DNA from: Syncephalis fuscata S228
Taxonomy: Eukaryota > Fungi > Zoopagomycota
Length of the DNA stretch: 64,000 nucleotides
Reading direction: 5' to 3'
NCBI GenBank assembly: GCA_025786725.1
Contig: JAHLTZ010000030.1
Location: 62,001 to 126,000, forward strand
Shown in pieces: positions 54,747 through 64,000 of this stretch; the stretch's first letter is position 1; each line of letters begins with the position of its first letter. The notes beneath the pieces are model-generated. The model was not told where the DNA came from and ran no database searches. It was given only the letters and a program-made list of their open reading frames with translations. Position numbers and translations under genes: made by a program.

Positions 54747-56764
54747 ATGGATAATACAATTCCACTTGGCAAATTACCTGCCACTGTTCAAAGTGACATT
54801 GACTGTAAGTAATTGGCAGTAATATAGAAGGTCATTGTCTAAGTTGCTATTGAACTTAGTGTTTGGTGCACCGGTACTTGGAACAGACCATACACTTGCG
54901 GTAGAGTTATCGACTGCTACTTCTCAGTTGTCTTCACCTTCACCTTCGCTGTCGTCGTCACGTCTCCAGACCAACAAACCAAACGACAGTAGTCTTGGAA
55001 CAGAGACACAGCGGCTGTATTGTATAATATGTAAAAAGTCGTTTGCTACCGATGCTACATGGCAGGCACATCTTCGTTCAACTAAGCACATTAACGCGGC
55101 CAAGTCACAGCATCAACGAGCAGCACCAGCACAGAAAAGTACCCGTAAATCGGGTAAGTGTTTCAAATGTATATTATTTAATTTTAATAAAATGTTGTTG
55201 ATAGCCAGTAATAATAGTAATAGTAGTAGTAATATAATTGATAAAAAGGAAACGACTGCGGCCATCACAGGTAAACTATCGATGAATTTGTTGTTATAAT
55301 TTTAATCATTGGCTATTATTAGAAATACTTGATAAACGTAAACAAGCTGAGCGTATTGCTAGTACAAAGAAAGATATGGCAGCAACTGTTTATTTCAATA
55401 TTGCTAAAGGTAATTAGCGCAATAAGTTTATATTTAATCATTATATAATGATTAATATGAACATTTAGCACTATGGCAGGCCAATGCTGTTCGTGAAACA
55501 GCCAAAACATTAACAATGCTACATTCATTACTAAACGATTCAACTCTAAACACTAATGCAAAAGAATCAGCGAATGATGGCACCATATCAACGGCTCAGA
55601 CCCGTAAACTTATCGGTTTATCTATGGTGGGCTGATGCGAGTCTATGCCGTATCTGGATACCATAGGGTGGCTATGAATGTGGTATATCGCATTTACAGA
55701 ATATACAGGATTGGAGAAAGATGCAATACACGAACTAGCCGTTGTAAGCATTATATTCACTCGCAACAGCTCCAACTAATACTATAATGATAGGAAATAA
55801 GCGAGCTACCAGTTGATGCTGCACAGGATATGTGTCGTGCATTGGCTAAACAAGCAGTATTACGTAAATCAACGATCCATGTTTAGTTGGATCCAATTAT
55901 TACAGGAAATAGCAATTTATGCCCTGGCTGAAATTAACATACAACAGATTAAGGTAACAATGTTGATGAAACATTAGAAATAGTATTGGCACTTTACATG
56001 CTTGCCGCAGAACTAGGACGACGTGAAAAAAGGTAACATTACCATTACATTATTAATACGCATTCATATTTACTAGTATTATTAGTGAGTTATCGATACG
56101 TATGATGGCACTTTATCAAGCAAGTAAAGTAAGTATTTACCACTATTAATGCTATTTATCTAACAGTGTGTAGATCTACTGCACTTTACTAGCTCATTGG
56201 TATGCTGCCGATGTTTTAATACTGGCGGTAGAATTGGTTGTTAAATCAGCAGATATTAAACTAGTTATTGATAATAACACGACATTATGGCATGCCATTC
56301 TGTCCAGTTTATTAGCGCTATTTCTCGATTTTATTGAATGTGGTAAATATAATTGATGATCAGTCTTGTACCATTTATTAAGCAGCGTATATAATATAGA
56401 GGATCATGTAAGATGTGAGGCATTAGAGCAACTATTTGCACTACCTTGTATTTTAAATGTTCTTTCAAGCGATGATTCAATACAATATGATGATATAAAT
56501 GTAAGTTATCAAATTAATTACAATTCTTCTTAATTAAACGTATTAATGCATCATTAGTATTTAATACAATTAAGTCGGGCACTGCGTTTAAATGACCATG
56601 TCTGGCTATTTACAAATAGTCAATCTGAATGGCATCGTATAGCTAGTGCTGCTAACACGACTGCTCTAATAACATCACATCAACTATTAAGCAGGTTTGA
56701 CTGGTCTTATCACGTCAACAAAGTTATTGGCATCGTATTAAACGAATACTGGAACGATCATTAG
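54747..56764 (+). CDS. Protein with one C2H2 (matrin/JAZ-type) zinc finger and a helical C-terminal region; multi-exon
   Basis: MDNTIPLGKLPATVQSDID spliced to LFGAPV; YCIICKKSFATDATWQAHLRSTKH; successive GT-AG introns lead to a stop at 56762-56764. Exon structure is approximate. Confidence 0.7.
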
Positions 56765-57198
56765 GCGTTGACAATACTGAATACCACAACAATTAGACTC
56801 ATTGTTATAATCCTTTACACTTATACATTACACATTAACATTAAATAGCTTAAAACGCACACTTTTTTGGATTTTCAAATAATAAACGAAATTACACGAT
56901 ACAATAGTAGACACGTGTAATGAAGAGACAGCGGATAACAATGGAGTATTGATTGTGTACCATTATAGTGTAAGACAATGCAAACACTAGCACAAAAGAG
57001 GTCGAAAACCCGTAGCGAACACTATAATAAAGTAGGATGTTGGGATAAAGAAGTTTGAAACACTAGTGAGTAGTGGGGATGATGATAAAGGTGGTGAAAA
57101 TGTGTTAAAGATTCAATCATTAAGCTAACTAATTAACTAGTTAATTAATATAGCTGTAAAGAGACCATCTCTTAATACGCCAACTAATAATAGCTTGC

Positions 57199-58545
57199 TT
57201 AAGCGGTAGCGCTGACTGGTTGAGCAACACGCTGTGGCACTTCTAGACCGGACCAGACATTGATACCTTCGCGCTTCAATTTCTCGGCACGCACGGTAGC
57301 GAGGAAGTCGCCGAAAAGATATTCAGTATCCATGGGTCCGCCCTTAGCTTCTGGATGGAATTGCACAGAGCTAAAAAGGCCACTTTCGTGCCAAATGCCT
57401 TCGTTGCTGCCATCGTTAGCATTGACAAAGTAACGGTGCCAGCCAGATGGCATCTTTTCGTCGCATAGAGCATAGCCGTGGTTCTGCGAGGTAATGACAC
57501 AACGTCCATCGCGGGTATTGACGACCGGCTGGTTATGGCCACGGTTACCGAATGGCAACTTCTTGACCGGTAGACCAGCCGCCAAACCAAGCAATTGGTT
57601 ACCCATGCAAATACCAAAGATTGGTCGTTGGTAAGTGTGCAATGTAGTCTTTAGATTGTCGATGGCCTCGGTAGCCTTTTCAGGATTGCCTGGTCCGTTG
57701 GAGATGAACAGGCCGTCGTATTGCTGAGCAACTGCGTTGAAGTTGTAGTTCCATGGCAGAACAGTAACACATGCGCCGCGTTTAACCAACGAGCGAATAA
57801 TGTTCTGTTTGACACCACAGTCAAGCAAGGCAATCTTAACGTCGCCTTCAGCGTTGTAAACGACTGGCTGTTTAACAGATACCTTGGCTACAAGGTTATC
57901 AGCATTTGGATCGGCCCATTGAATTTGCTCAGTAGTCATCTTGACATCGGATTCACCAACGGCAAGTTGGCCAAGTGTAGAACCTTGATCACGTAGCAAG
58001 TGAACGAGTGCACGTGTATCGACACCAGTAATGGCTGGCACGTCATTACGGGCACACCAGCTGGCCAACGACTCAACAGCATTCCAGTGCGAGTAACGTT
58101 GGGCATAATCGCCAACAACAATACCGCTAACTTGCACGTTTTCTGACTCAAAGTGCTTCAACAAGCCAAATGAATCACGAACAAGTCCTGGAACACCGTA
58201 GTTACCGATGAGCGGTTGTGTGAAAACAAGGATTTGACCGCTGTAAGATGGATCAGTCATTGACTCGGGATAGCCAACCAACGAGGTGGTGAAAACGGCC
58301 TCACCGTTAACGCTGCGAGCTGCGCCAAACGACTCGCCATGGAAGACTTGGCCAGTCTTAAGCTGCAAGGCAGCTGGTACATTTTGGCCGGCTGTCTCGT
58401 TAGCAAGTGTAGAGCCCACCTGCTTGCCATGGAGTGGCGAATCAGCAACAGTGGCTAGACCTCGAGTAGCAATACGGGCGGTGGTTGATGAACGAGCAAG
58501 TCGTAGAGCATTGGCAAACAAAACAGATTTGTTAATAAGCGACAT
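57199..58545 (-). CDS. CPA1: Arginine-specific carbamoyl-phosphate synthase small (glutaminase) subunit with mitochondrial targeting peptide
   Basis: GEAVFTTSLVGYPESMTDPSY.GQILVFTQPLIGNYGVP, SNGPGNP, FGICMGNQ, GNRGHN, ITSQNHGYA, SVQFHPEA.GGP.D; intronless CDS. Confidence 0.98.
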   Translation of the reverse strand: MSLINKSVLFANALRLARSSTTARIATRGLATVADSPLHGKQVGSTLANETAGQNVPAALQLKTGQVFHGESFGAARSVNGEAVFTTSLVGYPESMTDPSYSGQILVFTQPLIGNYGVPGLVRDSFGLLKHFESENVQVSGIVVGDYAQRYSHWNAVESLASWCARNDVPAITGVDTRALVHLLRDQGSTLGQLAVGESDVKMTTEQIQWADPNADNLVAKVSVKQPVVYNAEGDVKIALLDCGVKQNIIRSLVKRGACVTVLPWNYNFNAVAQQYDGLFISNGPGNPEKATEAIDNLKTTLHTYQRPIFGICMGNQLLGLAAGLPVKKLPFGNRGHNQPVVNTRDGRCVITSQNHGYALCDEKMPSGWHRYFVNANDGSNEGIWHESGLFSSVQFHPEAKGGPMDTEYLFGDFLATVRAEKLKREGINVWSGLEVPQRVAQPVSATA

Positions 58546-58733
58546 AATTGAATCTTTTTGGAGTTTGGATAAATCAAATGTAGTAAAAGTGTTTCAAATA
58601 ATTCTTTAGCACAACAAGTAAGTGTCGCGCGTAAAATACGGGGTGGTAAAAAGAAGGAAAAAGAGAGAGAAAGTAAAGAGTAGTTCAAGCGTTCAGTAGA
58701 GTGCAATGGTTTATCGAGTACGATTACCAAAGT

Positions 58734-58922
58734 TTAGCAGGAAGGGCCGAAAGTAAAACCGGTAGCCTTCCAAACTATATACAGGAACATGGAAGCAGTA
58801 TTGTAAAGTATGTAGTTAGTTAAAGGTATCTATATAGCGTATATTGCAACGTCATCTTGAGTAAACTTACCGTGATCAGAAATGTAGTCAGAGGAGTTTC
58901 TTTCTTGCGCGTGCGAGTACAT
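58734..58922 (-). promoter_or_regulatory. Spliced uORF encoding the arginine attenuator peptide MYSHAQERNSSDYISDHVWKATGFTFGPSC (exons 58922-58871 and 58774-58734)
   Basis: ATG TAC TCG ... GAC TAC ATT TCT GAT CAC G|GTAAGT ... CTAAC ... TATAG|TT TGG AAG. DYISDH.WK is the AAP core (yeast QDYISDHIWK, Neurospora QDYLSDHLWR), and it lies upstream of CPA1. Confidence 0.95.
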
Positions 58923-60333
58923 GCGCAAAGTGTGTTGTTGTTAGTAAGCCAGAAGGCTAGTGTTGATAATCGAAGTAGATTCGATAAAGCACAAAGCTTG
59001 AAATCAAAGTAGAAGCAAGTTAAACGAAAAGTGAACGAAGAGGAAAATACAAACTTTCTCGATAAGACGGACGGTTTTATTCCTCCTCTCTGCGGGCATG
59101 TTGATATGAAACGCAATGATGATTGGTGGATAAACAAGTTCCAGATCTTAATCCATCTTCACTCACTCACCCACCCACAATATTGTGTATGTATATAATA
59201 GCAGATACATTACAACAATAATAGATAATTAATAACAACGATAGTAACAGGTTAATGACAACAAAATAGCATGGATCAACAATAATATCGTATTATAATA
59301 GAATATTTAACAGCAATAACAATAAATAACACTGATAACAATAACAGATACTGATGACATATTAGTAATTATTTGGATCTATTAATCAGTATTGATCATG
59401 TAATTTAATCATTTATAATCCTTTGGATTAGAAACAACATCTTATTTGAAACTGTTTTGTTTCAACAGTTACAGTATCAAAACAAATTAAACTTCCGATA
59501 AAAACGGTTAAATCTATCCGATACAAATAACTCCGAACAATAAGTAGGCCCAAAATGGCAGATTTTTCTTTATTGTGAGGGGTATCACTTTTACAAAGAC
59601 GGCTTACTGCAAAATAGTATTTCTTATTCCAATTGATTTGGACATGTGATTATGCAGTAGATCATGTGGCCATAGCTATATGTCTAGAACAAGTATTAGA
59701 ATACCGCCATGCTATACTGCAGTTATTATTAGTGTTAGCGTTGTTGTTGTTGTTAATGGTCAAAGGGGGCGGTTTGATATTTGATCGGGCTGCAGGATGG
59801 CCTATCATTTGTGTCACCTGGCGAAGCCATCTTTTTGGCACACGGTCCAAACCAAGTCAACGTCCTTCCTTTTTGTTCCGATCCATGCATATCCACATGT
59901 TTTGAATAACAATTACAACAACGGCTGCCTCGTGCTTCATACCGGCTATAGTTCAACAATGACGATAATGGATATCGGCTTGGCAATTAGTAGCTCGGCC
60001 GTAACCTTCTCTCTTGGACAAAAAAGAACATGGCCATTGCCGTTCTTATCATTGTGGCTCTCCTTTCTCGCTCGCCCGTTCGCTTTATGCACTCTTATTA
60101 TGCCGAGAGTTTAAAACTCAGCAAGTAGTTTTAAAGCATTCCCATTCTTATTACTATTATACAACTAGACTCGATTTATCAATTCGATGATTAAACTGGT
60201 CCATTGGCTTGGTCAATTAAACACTGTTTGCTAATTGCTAGTAAGCTAGCTAGTTAATCCACTAGTTAGCAGTTGTGTTACTCAATCAGTGAATGAATCC
60301 ATGGGTGGGTACGTGAATTGTTTAGTTAGTCAC

Positions 60334-60369
60334 TCAGTCAGTCAGTCAGTCGATCAGTCAGTCAGTCAG
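60334..60369 (+). repeat. (CAGT)n tetranucleotide microsatellite
   Basis: tcagtcagtcagtcagtcgatcagtcagtcagtcag. Confidence 0.8.
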
Positions 60370-60818
60370 TTTATTAGTCACACCTTTATTTACTCACATT
60401 GATCGGTGTAGATAGGCTAATGATAAATGTGTGGCACGAATACTCGGGGGTTTTCTTTCACTTTTCCTTTTCCCAGTTCTCAACTTACTCACACGCACTC
60501 ACTATACTCACACACACACCGGCAGTTCATAGTAATACTTGTAGTAGTCGTTGTTGTCTCTTCTTCTTCTCTGTTGTCTACGGCTTCTACTTTTCTTTCT
60601 TTCTAGTTCTCTTTGTGTTGTCGTATCCTGTTTTTGCACTAGTGCTGTTCATTGCTTCTCTTTCGCGTCTTGTTTTGGTCATTACCTTACTTACTCTTTC
60701 TCTCGTTACTTGCTTCCATACCTGATACAACCTATCAGTATTGACTATCACCTACGGCTGTACCGTCTACACCGTCGCTTCATTTGGTTGGTTGGTTAAG
60801 TTCATTTAGTTGATTTAG

Positions 60819-62320
60819 GTAAGTAGTGATTCCATAGCTATTCAGTCTGTATGCGTCTACTTTATTGTTCTATGCCTCTTTACCACTGTCCATACGTGTA
60901 TGTATGATGCATATATTCATAGAGTATATGCTACTTGCACTTTCTATTACTTGTTTCATGGTTAGATTAGTCATTGACAGATCTGACATGACTTTGTTAA
61001 TAATGATCACGCGTATACCACTTGTTTCTATTTGACTCTTCTTTTGTATAATATATACCAAGCAATAGAAGGGACAACAGTAGTTTAAATGACTCTTTCA
61101 TTCTATATGTGCTTCATTGTGTTTAATAACACTATGGATTAAAAAGCACATAAACGACATTGTCTACTCTACTGATTGCTATGCAAACACCACCATTATC
61201 TGTCTGTTATGATATATACTATTTATTATTGTCAAAAGTCTATCTTTATTTATGGCTGTAGATATAAATATGACAGCCAATAGACTGGATGGCTGCATGT
61301 CAACCGCTGCATTTCTCGTTTCTCTTGCTGTATGCCTAGACCGTCTAAATCGACTAGATTGTATTGTGCATAATGCATATAGACATACATACACCGACTT
61401 TCCCACGACGCATTGTTAAAAAGCGTTGTTTATTCCTATTTACGTATTCGTAATGGCATGGCAAACCGTGTGATGTCGCCATCACAAGTACGTAGATCTA
61501 CTCATCATGACGATGATGATGATGCTATCACCGTTGTAATGATCTCGGTGATAAGCATCATCAGGCATTGGCCAGTTTATATGCTGCGCCATGCCACATT
61601 GCATGTTTTGTGTGTGTGTGTGTGTGTGTGTGATCAGCTTCTCCACACATATGCAATGTAGTGTGGTGACCAATCGCCGTTATTATCCGATGTCTATTTG
61701 TATTTATCACACAACAATACCAATTATACATCGGACATATAATGATTGGTAAAATACCGCCTTTTCTTTTTTGCCATTATTTTGTCGGATAATTATTGCT
61801 ATGTCCATGTACCGCTTATCGGCATGCTTGGCAGCAGTCACAAATCCGATAATAACGGTGGAAAGGAGAAAGCAACATTTGAGGGGCTTTTTTGACAGAG
61901 AAAAGGGGAGATTACAGGCTGCTCTGATCAGCGTTGTACGCATGACGAGCAGCCAATTTTCCTATGGACAGTTGTTGTTTTCGTGGCCTTCCTTGTTTTT
62001 GCACCTAGAACATGTGTGTATCAACGGGTGGGCAATGTGTGTGTGTGTGTAGGTGAATGGGTAGACAGTGTACGTCCATTATGGCTACACGAAAATATGC
62101 CAACTACCTTTGATTCATTCTAGCATATAAAAAACTATATATATATGGGAGTGTCATATCGGCGTATGTAAAAGAAGCCTACTTTCATTGTTCCTCCCCT
62201 TGTTTTCAATACACTGTTCTTTCTCCTGAAGTTTTAGTCGTTTAGTATTTTTTTCTGTTGCTCATTTTTTGCTTTGCGATCATTACCAACAAGTAGTTTA
62301 TTATTGATGTTTATTCATAG
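60819..62320 (+). other. Putative 1.5-kb 5'-leader intron of the cold-shock-domain gene, rich in complementary stems
   Basis: Strong AG|GTAAGT donor after a pyrimidine-rich, ATG-free exon-like stretch; CATAG acceptor 58 nt before the ATG; numerous 7-17 bp inverted complements inside. Confidence 0.55.
61609..61632 (+). repeat. (TG)12 microsatellite
   Basis: tgtgtgtgtgtgtgtgtgtgtgtg. Confidence 0.9.
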
Positions 62321-62378
62321 TATTTCATCCTTGGGCGGCTTACAATACAGCCACGAATCACCGCCTGCTATATCCCAT

Positions 62379-63534
62379 ATGTCAATGACTCCTTCTGGCA
62401 TGACCGCGACCTCAATGGTGGGTGCCACCGGCACTCGTAAGACGGGCCGTGTCAAGTTCTTTAATAGCCAGAAAGGCTTTGGCTTTGTAATTCCAGACGA
62501 TAAAGGTACCTTTGGTAACGCAGAAGGTAAGTAATAGTTGCAAACAGTTGTCGTTGCTAGTAGGGTCATTTCTACTGCACGACCGCATCAGTCATTAATA
62601 TTAACAAACAATCTGATACAGTGTTTGTTCACCATACGGCTATTCATAACGACGGCGGTTTCAAAAGTCTTGCTGAGGTAGGTACAGGTTATCACGGTGT
62701 GATCGCAGATCATGGCTAATAAGTTCTATTTTTGGATGGTTGTACAGGGTGAAGATGTAGAATTTGATATGGTTAAAGGTCCAAAGGGCTTCCAAGCCGC
62801 CAATGTGACCGGTCCATCTGGCACTTCCGTTAAAGGTGATCCTAACGCCGGTCGCAGTCATACAGGCAATCCTGGTAATGGCAATCACGGCGGTCAAATG
62901 ACATCGAGTCCACAGCTCAACTTTAATGCATTTGGTGGATTGCCTATGACTGGCTATGGCATGCCAGGCCAGACAGCGGCGTTCGGCATTCCGTTCGGCC
63001 AAAGCCCACCATTTAACAATGCAGCCATGTTCCCTGGTGCATTTGGACAGGGCCAATTCCCCGGTAAGTAGCAATGGACTGATATTATGCACAATATTTT
63101 CACAATAAACTAACTCCGGTTATTGATAGTCTTTGGCGGTCTACCAACGGGTAATTTCCAGATGCAGCCAGCCGCAGCATTTGGCAGTAAGTTTGGATGA
63201 ATAACCATTTAATTCTTTAACCAAAAGTGGTAGATTCTTCACAATTCCCTACAACGCTATCGAATGGATCTGCTGCCACTTTCTCCACGGCTGGCATGCA
63301 AAATCCATCTGGATTTGTTGTACAACCTGGACAGGCAGCTCCACAAGTGTCGATGGGCCAAGATCCGCTAGCCAGTAAGTTACCATTGGCCCTCTACAGT
63401 ATCTGTAGAACATAGTTACTTATCTGTCTTTGTTACTATTTGATAATACAGGTTTATCGCAATCGGATTTTGATCTTACACCCCATTTCCAAGGTGCAGC
63501 AGATCAGCAATACCGCCGTCCATCGCAACAATAA
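62379..63534 (+). CDS. Cold-shock-domain (Y-box/Lin28-type CSD) nucleic-acid-binding protein with a G/P/F/Q-rich tail; 6 coding exons
   Basis: GRVKFFNSQKGFGFV (RNP1) | VFVHHTAI..GGFKSLAE (RNP2) | GEDVEFDMVKGPKGFQAANVTGP.G..VKG. Confidence 0.93.
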
Positions 63535-64000
63535 GTAAATAGCGATACGGCATTGTTGTGCAAATTACCGCTGTCTTATTTGCACACACAAACACACACA
63601 CATACACATGCTATACACGTAGGACCATAGGTATTCTATCAGTGTGCTGTTTGTAATTTTGATAGATTTCAACGGGATGCTTTTTAGCTATCTGTGCTCA
63701 TTATGAAGCAGTTGGCAAACAGTGTTTCCAGATGCTCTTTCTTGTTTCTCGCTTTCTGTTGCCACCATCACACATCCGCTATTTCTATTTCCTTCGTTTC
63801 CCTTTTTATCACTGTTATCGTTGTGTGCTACACTTGTTCTACACAGCATATCTATATTTCATCTTTCCGAATCGTGGTATATCTTATGCTTTACTCTATC
63901 TCTTTACCTATCTCTCTCTATCTCTCTATCTACCTCCCCATCTACCTCTCTCTCTCTCTCTCTACATTTGCTAATATTCCGATAGCATGCCGTTGTGGTA

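Noticed and set aside
57130-57147. Perfect 18-bp palindrome TAATTAACTAGTTAATTA in the CPA1 3' region
   Set aside because: AT-rich and isolated; no supporting evidence for function.
57199-58545. Horizontal or retrocopy origin of intronless, GC-richer CPA1
   Set aside because: It has a mitochondrial presequence, fungal-type motifs and a spliced AAP uORF; codon bias from high expression is sufficient explanation.
59633-60799. Overlapping short ORFs between CPA1 and the CSD gene
   Set aside because: Mostly non-ATG starts and low-complexity translations of pyrimidine tracts; promoter/UTR sequence.

Overview
AT-rich eukaryotic genomic DNA with many short (about 40-70 nt) GT-AG introns (GTAAGT donors, CTAAC-type branch sites). 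Gene content points to an early-diverging fungus (Zoopagomycota/Mucoromycota; Syncephalis-like is my inference). About 21 coding loci: an orphan ORF, a 7TM-RGS receptor, Mso1-like, Sec16, Rok1, RTA1-like, a lineage-specific secreted/multi-TM gene with a relic paralog, Cog5-like, a PPR protein, an inverted pair of kynurenine-formamidase-like hydrolases, YPL162C/TMEM110-like, an NMP kinase, Emp70, a divergent FHA-kinase, WDR53, a C2H2 protein, Cpa1 and a cold-shock-domain protein. Main signals missed by the ORF track: (1) an intron-split arginine attenuator peptide uORF ahead of CPA1 with a longer C-terminus; (2) a probable 1.5-kb leader intron of the cold-shock gene packed with nested and competing RNA stems; (3) inverted hydrolase paralogs that are near-identical except in three active-site patches; (4) several unannotated repeat families (MITE-like element, 415-bp direct repeat, two modules flanking the kinase); (5) micro-exons carrying catalytic motifs. 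Many genes show single-base deletions that look like consensus errors rather than true pseudogenisation. All identities are estimated by eye; no tRNA, rRNA or CRISPR was seen.
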